Positions 1 through 8,912 of a stretch of 64,000 nt of DNA are shown piece by piece. This DNA is from Candidatus Melainabacteria bacterium (GTDB lineage Bacteria > Cyanobacteriota > Vampirovibrionia > Obscuribacterales > Obscuribacteraceae): the NCBI GenBank assembly GCA_016699165.1, contig CP064963.1, positions 2,665,880-2,729,879 of the forward strand. Reading direction: 5' to 3'. The translations under genes and the position numbers were made by a program. Each line of letters starts with the position of its first letter. The stretch's first letter is position 1. The notes below the pieces were generated by a model. That model did not search any database. It had not been told where the DNA came from and was given only the letters and a program-made list of their open reading frames with translations.

Positions 1-1923
1 AGTCAGCCTGTAGAGGGTCTTGACCGAACCGGCGATGATTGCCCAGACGTTGGGATCGTCTTCGTTCACGAAGAGTTTCACCATTGCCAGATAATCGGCC
101 GCAGATTCGACGCCGGCGCGAACGGCAGCCCAGCTGTCGTTCACCAGGTTGAAACGCTCCACCACATTCATCTTGTCGAGATTCGCCGCAAGCTTTGCGT
201 CGAGTTCCTTCGAGTAGACGACGCGGTAGAAGCCGTTGCCATCAGCGTTGAAGACGACATACTTGAAGTCGTTGCCGACATAAACGGTCTCGCTTGGCTT
301 GTCGAAAACGAACTTGCGCTCGACCACAGAGCCGTCAGCGCGCTCGGCGCGGAACATCACCGGAATGGGCCAGTACGTCTTGTCGCTCGGGTCGTCGATG
401 AATTGGAACCGACGCTGAGTGATGGTGACGCAGCCTTCTTCGTCGGCAGCCTTCACTTCCATCACCGGATGACCGGGCTTGAGCACCCAGTTATCCATGA
501 TGTGACGCACAGGCTCGTTGACCTCGAGGTCTTCGCTTGATTTCTCGAGAGCATCCCAGAGATCAGAGATCTTGGTGTTGCCGAAAATGTGCTTCTTGAA
601 GTAGGCCTGAAGCGCGTTGCGGAACACTTCGTCGCCGACGTAATAGTAGAGCTGGTGCATGACCGAGTGACCCTTCACATACGTGATGATGTCGAACATC
701 TCGTCGATCTGATCGGGGTGCTTGATGTCGGTCTGAATGGAGTGCGTGCTCTTCAGGCTGTCCGTGCGGAAAGCAGCGGCTCGCTGCAGAGCGAATTCTT
801 CATTCGCCTTCCATTCGGGCTTCCAGTTGTTGACGAACAGATACTCCATGAAGTTGGCGAAGGTCTCGTTGAGCCAGAGACCATCCCAGTCTTCCATCGT
901 GACAGTGTTGCCAAAATGGATGTTGTGGGCAGTCTCGTGAGCGACCACGAGCGCGACGCGGAAAATAGCCGCGAACGTCGCCGTTGCAAGATCCACCAGC
1001 AGAGCCGTTTCACGATAGGTGATACAGCCGTGGTTTTCCATGGCGCCGGCAGCGAAGTCCGGAATGGCGATGTGGTCAATCTTGTCGCCCTGGAACGGGA
1101 GCTTGAAATAGTTCTCGTAAAAATCAGTGCTGGCAGCGGCGACCTGGAGTCCAAACGACATCAGGTGTTCCCTTCCAGGAACAGCCCAGACGCGGATTTC
1201 CTTGCCGTTGACCATCACTGGCTTGGAAGAGACGAATTCGCCGACCACGAACGCCACAAGATAAGTGGACATCTTGATGGTCTTGGCGTAGCTCACACGC
1301 TTCTTGCCTTTGGAGACGAAGCCCGGGAGCGGGAATTCAGCCGAGCCGTCGTCGCTTGCGAGCAGCTCTTCCTTCACCACTTTGGTGTTGGAGAGGGCGG
1401 TGAGCGACTTGTCGACTATAAGGCTCACTTCGAATGTGGCTTTGCGATCCGGCTCATCCCAGCATGGAAAGGCGCGGCGCGCGTCGCAAGCTTCGAACTG
1501 CGTGACGGCAATAGTGTGTTGCTTACCGTCCTTGTCCTTCCAGAAGCTGCGATAGAAGCCCTTGAGGCGGTCGTTGAGAACGCCAGTGAACTTGGTGTGA
1601 AGCTTCCATTCGCCGGTGCCGATCACACCTTCGAAATTGAAAATGGCAATCTCGTTTGCAGCGTCGAAACTGACTCTGGCTGCAAGCCGAGTGCCGTCTT
1701 CGCGTTCGACAAATGAGTCGAAGATTTCGAGATCGGCTGAGTGCAGCTCGATCTGGCTCGTTTTCTCGAGCACACTGATTGAAACTTCTTGCCGACCGGC
1801 GAAGGTGAACTTCTCCAGGTCGGGGGCGATCTCAAGAACGTAGTGCGACGGAACGACATTGCGCGGCAGGCGCTTGTAGCGCGGTACCGACGGACTCGCT
1901 CCATCATTGAAACATTTACACAT
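1..1923 (-). CDS. pepN: M1-family aminopeptidase N (partial; C-terminus lies beyond the left edge)
   Basis: Absent from the ORF track because it runs off the window. The reverse frame is open from ATG (1923-1921) to position 1, 641 codons. My translation contains the GAMEN motif (AAGAMENHGCITYRE) and an HEXXH-18-E zinc site (HETAHNIHFGN...WLNETFA). The + strand ORF 589-1716 is its antisense shadow. Confidence 0.9.
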   Translation of the reverse strand, partial: MCKCFNDGASPSVPRYKRLPRNVVPSHYVLEIAPDLEKFTFAGRQEVSISVLEKTSQIELHSADLEIFDSFVEREDGTRLAARVSFDAANEIAIFNFEGVIGTGEWKLHTKFTGVLNDRLKGFYRSFWKDKDGKQHTIAVTQFEACDARRAFPCWDEPDRKATFEVSLIVDKSLTALSNTKVVKEELLASDDGSAEFPLPGFVSKGKKRVSYAKTIKMSTYLVAFVVGEFVSSKPVMVNGKEIRVWAVPGREHLMSFGLQVAAASTDFYENYFKLPFQGDKIDHIAIPDFAAGAMENHGCITYRETALLVDLATATFAAIFRVALVVAHETAHNIHFGNTVTMEDWDGLWLNETFANFMEYLFVNNWKPEWKANEEFALQRAAAFRTDSLKSTHSIQTDIKHPDQIDEMFDIITYVKGHSVMHQLYYYVGDEVFRNALQAYFKKHIFGNTKISDLWDALEKSSEDLEVNEPVRHIMDNWVLKPGHPVMEVKAADEEGCVTITQRRFQFIDDPSDKTYWPIPVMFRAERADGSVVERKFVFDKPSETVYVGNDFKYVVFNADGNGFYRVVYSKELDAKLAANLDKMNVVERFNLVNDSWAAVRAGVESAADYLAMVKLFVNEDDPNVWAIIAGSVKTLYRLT

Positions 1924-2626
1924 GTTTTTCTCCGATTGAGAGGTTGTACTAAGGGTTTAGAGGCAAAAATTAGTCATATTGTTGAAAGCTTACCGCTTTA
2001 GACATTCTGTTCGCTTTAAATAGAAGCGTTGCGCAGAATGACTTAACGGCATTGATCTTTCTCCACGACAAGATTCAGACCGAATTACTTCGGTTTTTAA
2101 AAGCTTGGATGTATCTTGTCACAAGTTAGATCAGAGTTTTCAAAGTTGATTAGAAAAGGGAATAGGGTCTGAAAAACTAACAGGTATTAGGGTCTTAGTT
2201 CAAATGCACTTATCAAGAATACTAATTAGATGTTGCTAGCCTTGCCTCTTGACCGATATGTAACTCGCGCAGCCTAGCGAATCTTGTCGTAGCGCACCAG
2301 TTTATATCTAACTCATATATTGAGAAATTTAGCTTATTACCTGTTTTCAGACCTTTTAGGCTTTGGCTCTTCCCTTGATAAGCGTACTGTCTCTTTCTTA
2401 GTATTGGGAGTTACCTCTCATAACCCAATCTAAAGCGCACCTCAAGAACTAGAGCTTTTAATTCACTCGAAAAACACTGTCTGACTCGTTTGTTTAAACG
2501 AGCCGGATACTGTCGTTCTTGCTCTGGTGCCTTCAGTTTGGACTGAGAAGTATTTCGTCAAATCCACCACTAAGCAGGAATTCACCTGCAGTGGTTCCAT
2601 CCTAACCAAACGAAAGGAAAGTCATT

Positions 2627-3691
2627 ATGATGAAAGACGGTATCATCCCGGGTTACATGCTCTACAGCGCGGCCCGGTCCAATCCGCAGAACCTGTTTGC
2701 CACCCGCACCATCGCCGAGACGCATGCTCTCTTCGCCAACGCGCAGACGAGCGGCGCCTTCATGGCCTCGAACCACGGCAAGAACAAGGGCGGTCGTCGT
2801 CACACCTGGGTCGGCTCCGACTCGGCGGTCAAGATCTTCGACGCCATGAACAAGCGCAGCCTCCCCGGCAAGCTCGTCCGCGGCGACAAGGATCCGGCCA
2901 CGTCCGACACCACGGTCAACAATGCCCACGCCTACCACGGCAACGTCCGCGACTTCCTCGTGAAGGTCCTCGGCGTCAAGGGCGTCAACAACGCCGGCAT
3001 GGACTTCGTCGGCACCGTGCACTACGGGTTCCAGTACTCGAACGCGTTCTGGGACGGCAAGCAGATGACCTACGGTGACGGCGACGGCAAGCTGTTCATC
3101 ACGTTCGTCATCCTCGACGTCGTCGGTCACGAGATCTTCCACGGCCGCACCGAGTTCACCTCGGGTCTGGAGTACTGGAACGAGTCCGGCGCCGCCAACG
3201 AGTCGGGCTCCGACATCGGCGGTGTGCTGGTTCGCCAGTTCACCAACAACGTCAAGTCGAAGGACGACTCCTGGCTCGTCGGCCCGGGTCTCTTCGGTCC
3301 CACGGTCAAGGGCAAGGCGCTCCGCGACATGCTCAACCCCGGCAAGGCCTACGACGATCCGAGCCTCGGCAAGGACCCGCAGCCCGACCACTACAGCCGG
3401 CGCTACAAGGGCGGCCAGGACAACGGCGGCGTCCATATCAACTCGGGGATCATGAACAAGGCCTTCGCCACGTTCGCCCTGAACGCCCCGAACTGCGACT
3501 TCGCCTTCGAGCGTCCCTTCCAGCCCTGGAAGGAAACGCTCTGGAGCGAGGACTCGTCCAAGCGTGTCGGCAAGAACGCCACGTTCCAGGACGTCGCCGA
3601 CAAGACCGTCGCCAATGCCCGCGCGTCGGAGCCGACCCTCGTGGCCGCGCTCATCGCAGCGTGGCAGGGTGTCGGCATCACGGTGAAGTAA
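2627..3691 (+). CDS. M4 (thermolysin-family) zinc metalloprotease, protealysin-like
   Basis: HEXXH (VVGHEIFHG), third zinc ligand box (GAANESGSDIGG) and DNGGVHINSGIMNKAF match thermolysin-family signatures. No signal peptide. The short N-terminal segment has IIPGYML, resembling the PPL motif of protealysin-like propeptides. AAAGGAAAG Shine-Dalgarno sequence upstream. Confidence 0.85.
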   Translation: MMKDGIIPGYMLYSAARSNPQNLFATRTIAETHALFANAQTSGAFMASNHGKNKGGRRHTWVGSDSAVKIFDAMNKRSLPGKLVRGDKDPATSDTTVNNAHAYHGNVRDFLVKVLGVKGVNNAGMDFVGTVHYGFQYSNAFWDGKQMTYGDGDGKLFITFVILDVVGHEIFHGRTEFTSGLEYWNESGAANESGSDIGGVLVRQFTNNVKSKDDSWLVGPGLFGPTVKGKALRDMLNPGKAYDDPSLGKDPQPDHYSRRYKGGQDNGGVHINSGIMNKAFATFALNAPNCDFAFERPFQPWKETLWSEDSSKRVGKNATFQDVADKTVANARASEPTLVAALIAAWQGVGITVK

Positions 3692-3727
3692 GGGCGCCAG
3701 CGCCTAAGCTTCACTGAGGTGGTAAGA

Positions 3728-3800
3728 CCCGGCAAGCAGGGGGCAAGTTCAGCATTATTAGCTGACTTGCTCTCTTGCTTTGCCGGGTTCTTATTTTTTC
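3728..3800 (+). terminator. Rho-independent terminator after the M4 protease gene
   Basis: Long imperfect inverted repeat (CCCGGCAAGCAGGGGGCAAGTTCAGC ... GCTGACTTGCTCTCTTGCTTTGCCGGG) followed by TTCTTATTTTTTC. Confidence 0.6.
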
Positions 3801-3872
3801 TCCCCCTTTACTACCTCGTATAGCATGTCAAGTGGACATACTAATAATGCACTCGAATAATCGGAGTAAAAA

Positions 3873-5171
3873 ATGGCTTCGTCTAAGAAGCTAGGAGTTG
3901 CGCTTGTTTTATGCATGTCGGCTCTTTCTCTGTTTGCGCTGTTCTCCCCATCGATCCAATGGTCGGGTCATCAAAAGCCGAAAGCGGACACCATGCCACT
4001 TTCTATCAAGGCTCAATTCCCCGACAAAATAGCCAATCGCATCTCGGTTCCCGCTCAGGGATCGACCGAAGACAGACGCACTGAGTTTTACGACTCGGAC
4101 AACGTCACTCTACGTCTGCGCGAGATTGTCTACAAGAACGGCGTCACATCTTACTTCCACTTCCGCAAAGACAAGAAAGCGGAGCGCATGGAAGAATTCT
4201 ATCCAGCCGAAAATGGCTCTCAGACCCGAGTGCTCAAAACCAAAGTGGTTTACGAAGACGATGGTGCACTTTTTGCCAGTCATCAAAGTTGGCGCCCAGA
4301 CAAAACCCTGCTCAAAGACGGTTCTCGTCAGGGCGACGGCACTTATCGCACCACCACCTATTTCGCAGACGGAGTGACGATCGAGCGCGTGCAGAACTTC
4401 ACCCGCAGGCGCGTTATGACCGATGAAACGGTTTATCGCACAGACGGTGTCAAAGCGCGCGTGATACTCGTCACTCAAAATGGCGACCGCGAAGTGACCT
4501 TGTTCCGCCAGGATGCGGCAAGCGAGATCGCGTACATGACCATGACCGTTTCGCGCTCTCAGTACTCGGGCGTCAAAGGCAATTTGTTTTCTCAAGACGG
4601 AACGAAAGTAATCGCTCGCTTCGAGAACGGTTCTTTCAAGACCGAATTCACCTATCTTGATGCCGCTGAAAAGCAGCATCTTTTAGTGCGGTACGAGCGC
4701 ACCGTCGCTGGTCATTTGACTGTCGAAACTATTGTGCAAGATGCGCAGGTCAAGCTCAGTCAAGTCTATTTGAGACGAAGCGGAAGTGCGCATGGTTGCG
4801 GCGGTTCATACGCCTTAAACTATGTAGACCAATACGCCGCCGATAACTCGGCGATGGGCAAACGACCTTTTCGTCGTATCAATCTAGCCGAGGATGAAGT
4901 GACCATCAAGTCGGTCGCCATCCCGGATCAATCTTTTTATTTCATGGGCAAGGGCACACTCTACGAGCTCTACCCAAGCGGTTTTGTGGCGAAGAAGAAA
5001 GTCTTCCAAAACCACAACACCATCTCGTCTGTCACCGATTACGCCGATGAGCAATATCGCGAACCGGCTACAGAAGTGACTGACCGCTCTATTTTCAAGC
5101 GCGCAGATTTCCAGTGCCCAGGACCACTTCCGGTCTGGAATCAGGAAAAACGCTCTTGGATCATCGACTAG
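3873..5171 (+). CDS. Secreted repeat protein, window paralog family P (member 1 of 5), function unknown
   Basis: GGAG Shine-Dalgarno sequence and a hydrophobic N-terminal signal/anchor. Shares FPDK(I/L) near the N-terminus, repeated Y-x-x-DG-x-T beta-hairpin-like units (TTTYFADGVTIERV) and C-terminal LYPSGF with ORF 5202-6434. Looser similarity to 11522, 19149 and 43390. Confidence 0.8.
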   Translation: MASSKKLGVALVLCMSALSLFALFSPSIQWSGHQKPKADTMPLSIKAQFPDKIANRISVPAQGSTEDRRTEFYDSDNVTLRLREIVYKNGVTSYFHFRKDKKAERMEEFYPAENGSQTRVLKTKVVYEDDGALFASHQSWRPDKTLLKDGSRQGDGTYRTTTYFADGVTIERVQNFTRRRVMTDETVYRTDGVKARVILVTQNGDREVTLFRQDAASEIAYMTMTVSRSQYSGVKGNLFSQDGTKVIARFENGSFKTEFTYLDAAEKQHLLVRYERTVAGHLTVETIVQDAQVKLSQVYLRRSGSAHGCGGSYALNYVDQYAADNSAMGKRPFRRINLAEDEVTIKSVAIPDQSFYFMGKGTLYELYPSGFVAKKKVFQNHNTISSVTDYADEQYREPATEVTDRSIFKRADFQCPGPLPVWNQEKRSWIID

Positions 5172-5201
5172 TCCAGTCTATATAACAAAAGGAGAACAGC
5201 T

Positions 5202-6434
5202 ATGTTCAAAGCAACATGGCGGTTGATTTTCGCGTCTCTGGCTTTGCTCTTGGTTCTGACAGCTTGCTCGTCTGAGCCACCGAATATGGTGCGGGAAGAT
5301 TTCCCCCAGAAGCTCTCAACTCGAGTGCGCATCAATTCACAGAAGCCACAGGAAGTCGACCGTTGGGTTTATATGAATGATAACGTCAAGACGCTGGAGC
5401 AAATCCAGTATGTCGACGGCGTCACCACTTACGTTTTCTTCCGGCCCGATGAGACGGCGGAGAAAATCGTCGAGATGCACCCAGTGCAGACCGGCGAGGA
5501 CAAACGTCGCCTCAAGACCGAGGTGATTTTCGAAGCCGACGGACTTGCCTACGCAAGCCACAAGGCACTGCGTCTGGATGGCACACTCATAAAAGAGGGT
5601 CGCCGTCTTGAAGACCGCACCTATTCGACCATCACATACTTTGAAGACGGCATCACCAAGCAGCGTGTTTCGGTCTACAAACCGGACAAGACGCTTGTGA
5701 GCGAACTTATGGTCGACCGCGACGGCACTAAGTTGCAAGAGACAGTTACCGACAAGGATAACTATCTCGTATCTCAAAGCTGGCGCCGAGACGGCACACT
5801 CTGGATGCAATACAAGAAGCCGCCCTATTCTTATGGTGGTGTCACCGGTGCATACTACGAGGCGGATGGAACTACCATCAAAGCCGAGTTCAGCATTACC
5901 GGCTGGCAGAATTCGATGAGCTTCCCTAACTTTTCTGGTTTGGGCAAGCGTCTCGACTTCTCGTTTGAAACCTATGGCCAAAAGCGCATGACCGTGCTAA
6001 TCTCGGACAGCGCCAGTGGAACTCCGCTCTACCAGCAGTTCTACGCACACGATGCGAAGACGCCGTTCGATTTGCGGGGCACTTACACCCTTGCATCGAT
6101 CGAACAATACGAGGGTACGGGCAACCGCTACAATCGCAAGCTCACGCGTCGCATCACCCTTGGCGCAGACGGCAAGTCTGTGGTCAAAATCTTCGTTCCG
6201 CAATCGCAGTGGTACGACTATAACGGGGTGGAGTACTCGCTCTATCCAAGCGGTTTTATCCAGTCGAAGAAGAATGTAGGTTGGAATTCTCAGCCCAACC
6301 CGCAGACTTTTGCAGACGGCGCTTACACCGACCCGATTGTGGTGGTGAATCAGCCCGAGCTGCTCCAGTTGCCTCAGGTGGAGAAGCTGTCCCTCCCGGA
6401 CATCAAGATGCCTGAAGTTTACTGGTACTGGTAA
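5202..6434 (+). CDS. Lipoprotein, paralog family P (member 2 of 5), function unknown
   Basis: AAAGGAGAA Shine-Dalgarno sequence. Lipobox-like signal MFKATWRLIFASLALLLVLTAC. Collinear similarity to 3873-5171 (FPQKL, TITYFEDGITKQRV, EYSLYPSGFIQSKK). Tandem with member 1. Confidence 0.8.
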   Translation: MFKATWRLIFASLALLLVLTACSSEPPNMVREDFPQKLSTRVRINSQKPQEVDRWVYMNDNVKTLEQIQYVDGVTTYVFFRPDETAEKIVEMHPVQTGEDKRRLKTEVIFEADGLAYASHKALRLDGTLIKEGRRLEDRTYSTITYFEDGITKQRVSVYKPDKTLVSELMVDRDGTKLQETVTDKDNYLVSQSWRRDGTLWMQYKKPPYSYGGVTGAYYEADGTTIKAEFSITGWQNSMSFPNFSGLGKRLDFSFETYGQKRMTVLISDSASGTPLYQQFYAHDAKTPFDLRGTYTLASIEQYEGTGNRYNRKLTRRITLGADGKSVVKIFVPQSQWYDYNGVEYSLYPSGFIQSKKNVGWNSQPNPQTFADGAYTDPIVVVNQPELLQLPQVEKLSLPDIKMPEVYWYW

Positions 6435-6457
6435 GCTTCGCCTCGCTCACTATCTCT

Positions 6458-6512
6458 GAAAGCAGCTGTCGACCTCGATTCTATATCGAGCGTCGGCAGT
6501 TGCTTTCTTTTT
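6458..6512 (+). terminator. Rho-independent terminator
   Basis: Long imperfect hairpin GAAAGCAGCTGTCGACCTCGAT...ATCGAGCGTCGGCAGTTGCTTTC followed by a T-run, 24 nt after the stop at 6434. Confidence 0.6.
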
Positions 6513-6593
6513 CGCCTCGCATTGCTACTTGATATAGTAAATCCTGGCTGACGGCTATTCGTGTTTTGGGCGTTTCGGGGCACGAATTATGAG

Positions 6594-6615
6594 AATATGC
6601 ATTTAAATGCATATT
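6594..6615. promoter_or_regulatory. 22-bp perfect palindrome AATATGCATTTAAATGCATATT (candidate operator)
   Basis: Checked base by base: the sequence equals its own reverse complement. Lies in the 530-bp spacer between 6434 and 6966. Confidence 0.3.
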
Positions 6616-6965
6616 TTAGGGGTGCTTTTTATGCTGCCCACAGCATAATTTAATTTTCCACCTCGGAGATGGGCGAGAATCTAATTTCCTTCCGCGTTCA
6701 GAATAAAAAACTACATACAAATAGTAGTTGGTTCTGAGGCTCATACGCATTTGCGACGGCACCATATTTAGTGGCACTACCCAACCAGTAATCATCTTAA
6801 ATAAAGTTTAGATTATAGATGTCCGGAAAAGCCCCTTTAATACCTTAAAGGTTCTTGACAGTACAGCTAGATTTCGTAAGCTTTACAGTCGGTATTCATG
6901 TCCACCCGAGGGATTCGCTCAAGCGACGCCTTCGTTAAGTTTCTAACCGCCAATAGGTGAAAACC

Positions 6966-7553
6966 ATGTCTAACACAATTGCCGCAAGTCCCACTGTAGT
7001 CATACTGGAAGAAAGCAAATACACTCCAGTTTCCGACGCCACTTTCGAATCCAGTTCGATTCTTGATGAAGCAATGGCTCTTCGTCAGATAGAAGGATTC
7101 AAATTGACCGGCGGCAATCCGCACGAAATCATTGATCTTTTGACTCAACTCTCTTTGCACTATGTCAAAGAAGGGAAATTCGACAAAGCTCTTTTGAGCT
7201 TGAAAGATGCCTGCAAATTAGCCGAAATCACTTATGGTCAGGAACATTCAGTTGTAGCTGAAATCATGGTCGAAATGGCATTCATCAATTTCAGTCAGCG
7301 TCGTTTTGAATCTGCTCGCACTTATCTTGAACCAGCAATCGCTATATATGAAAAGAACTTCGGTCTGATTAGCGACCAGGTAGCATTTGCTTTTCACAAG
7401 CTGGCCAAAGTCTATCAAGCGTCAGGTCAAATGCAGATGGCAGAAAAATACTGTCAGAAAGCGCTTTCCATCTACGAAAAGACATCCTGTCCGGACGATG
7501 AGCAAATCAATGCCGCTCGAAACGATTTGATAAAGATAAGACAATCGCAATAA
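6966..7553 (+). CDS. Tetratricopeptide-repeat protein (TPR_12/kinesin-light-chain-like repeats)
   Basis: Repeated A-x-x-Y/L-x-x-A-L-x-I-Y-E-K units (LEPAIAIYEKNFG, QKALSIYEKTSCPDD). ATG at 6966 has an AGGTGA Shine-Dalgarno sequence. The track start at 6957 is GTG. Confidence 0.8.
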   Translation: MSNTIAASPTVVILEESKYTPVSDATFESSSILDEAMALRQIEGFKLTGGNPHEIIDLLTQLSLHYVKEGKFDKALLSLKDACKLAEITYGQEHSVVAEIMVEMAFINFSQRRFESARTYLEPAIAIYEKNFGLISDQVAFAFHKLAKVYQASGQMQMAEKYCQKALSIYEKTSCPDDEQINAARNDLIKIRQSQ

Positions 7554-7578
7554 GCGTTAAATACAAAGTGAATTCGAG

Positions 7579-7612
7579 AAGAGAGATTGGTTGAAACCAG
7601 TCTCTCTTTTTT
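7579..7612 (+). terminator. Rho-independent terminator
   Basis: GAGAGATTGGTT...AACCAGTCTCTC stem followed by TTTTTT. Confidence 0.65.
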
Positions 7613-7860
7613 CACAGAAGATTTGCTGATAACAGTTAGCAAATATTGGTCTATTTAAAATAATAGAATTTAACTTGTTTTACTAACCAATAAATCTTTA
7701 GTTTAGGGTCTAAGTATCCGCACTTTTTTTATCAGGACAAAGTCCAACCCATCTTCTTTTGCTAATTTCGATTCTTTTTTGACAGTCCAAGACTGCCGAA
7801 AAGGGGCTCGACAAAGCAATAGAAATCTTTGTAGAAAACAAAAACGAAAGGTTGAATGCA

Positions 7861-8754
7861 ATGAAAATGCGAATTCTCTTCTCGGCAATGCTTACTCTGG
7901 CTCTCGCTCCCGAGCTCGCAATTGCTCAAGTTGCAACCAAACCTGCTGACGAAACATTGAATCCAATAATCGAAGAACTCGGAGTTCCAATCGGAAATCC
8001 CGCTCTGATCACTCAGGTTCTGGGACTGCAAGCAAAGCCACGCGGAGCGTGTGATCGTGCCCGTTTTGCGCCTAGCGTCACTGGTGTGGCGTTAGAGACT
8101 AATTGTGGCATCGATCTTGCACTGCACTATTTGCAAGCAAAAGAATCGACCGCACAAATTTTCGTTCGCACTCGCGGCACTGTTCTCTTCGGCACAGCCT
8201 TCAAAATCTGCCATGACGTGAGCAAACAATGCTTTTACGCAAGCAGCCTTCACGTCGCTGAAGTGGAAGATTATGTTGGCGTAGTCGCTTCGGACAATCA
8301 GACCGTTCAGTACACCAAAGTATTAGGGCGCAAGAAGGCGAAAGATGTTGTTCTTCTCGCCGTGCCCGATGGCGACACGCGTCCGGCATTCAAAATCGGC
8401 GCCCGTCCCAAACTCAATGAACCTGTTTTTCTCGTCGGTCATCCCTATGGATTTCCAGGCGACGTGATAACTACTGGGCAAGTAGCCTTTGAGAAGGCAA
8501 AAGCCTCGGCAACGCTACCGCAAGACGGGTCGTTACTCACCATCGACGACCTTTTCGTCATCGATGCTTATGTGCTTGAAGGCAATTCCGGTGGCCCGGC
8601 AATTAATGCCGCTGGCGAAGTTGTCGGAATCGATTGCATGGCATTTAATGCCCAGCCGACTTTGCCTAACGGCGGCGCGGTGATTGTTCCCATTGAGGAA
8701 GCAGTCAGTCTGATGAACGACGTCGTGGCATCACTGGCGGTGCCAGCAAAATAA
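7861..8754 (+). CDS. Secreted trypsin-like (S1/HtrA-type fold) serine protease
   Basis: Signal peptide MKMRILFSAMLTLALAPELAIAQ. Catalytic Ser box LEGNSGGPAINAAGEVVGI. GHPYGFPG motif typical of Trypsin_2-type domains. No PDZ domain seen. Confidence 0.8.
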   Translation: MKMRILFSAMLTLALAPELAIAQVATKPADETLNPIIEELGVPIGNPALITQVLGLQAKPRGACDRARFAPSVTGVALETNCGIDLALHYLQAKESTAQIFVRTRGTVLFGTAFKICHDVSKQCFYASSLHVAEVEDYVGVVASDNQTVQYTKVLGRKKAKDVVLLAVPDGDTRPAFKIGARPKLNEPVFLVGHPYGFPGDVITTGQVAFEKAKASATLPQDGSLLTIDDLFVIDAYVLEGNSGGPAINAAGEVVGIDCMAFNAQPTLPNGGAVIVPIEEAVSLMNDVVASLAVPAK

Positions 8755-8847
8755 TAGAAGTTGAGAGTTGAAGCATCGAAAGATGTTTCGACTCTCACTT
8801 TTATTACGTAAAGAGTATTTACTATACGTATTAATAAAACAGGTTTT

Positions 8848-8884
8848 TGAAAAAAGTGAAGGAGTGCTTTAACTAAGCATCTCC
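8848..8884 (-). terminator. Rho-independent terminator for the rhomboid gene
   Basis: On the minus strand, GGAGATGCTTAGTTAAAGCACTCC hairpin followed by TTCACTTTTTTC. Confidence 0.5.
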
Positions 8885-8912
8885 CTCACCCTTTTAGTTC
8901 AGTAGTTTGCGG

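Noticed and set aside
589-1716. 375-aa + strand ORF (and the smaller ORFs 737-2001) inside the first 2 kb
   Set aside because: It is antisense to the M1 aminopeptidase reading frame, which has unmistakable GAMEN and HEXXH-E motifs. The product is a low-complexity, Val/Glu/Arg-rich shadow typical of G+C-rich antisense frames.
2582-3436. 284-aa minus-strand ORF and the + ORF 2527-3078, both overlapping the M4 protease
   Set aside because: These are alternative or antisense frames of a gene with clear thermolysin motifs. The products are Ala/Val/Arg/Gly-rich with no motifs.
3692-3872. Emfourin (M4in) inhibitor gene expected downstream of a protealysin-like protease
   Set aside because: No ORF fits. 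The interval is occupied by a terminator hairpin and the promoter region of the next gene.
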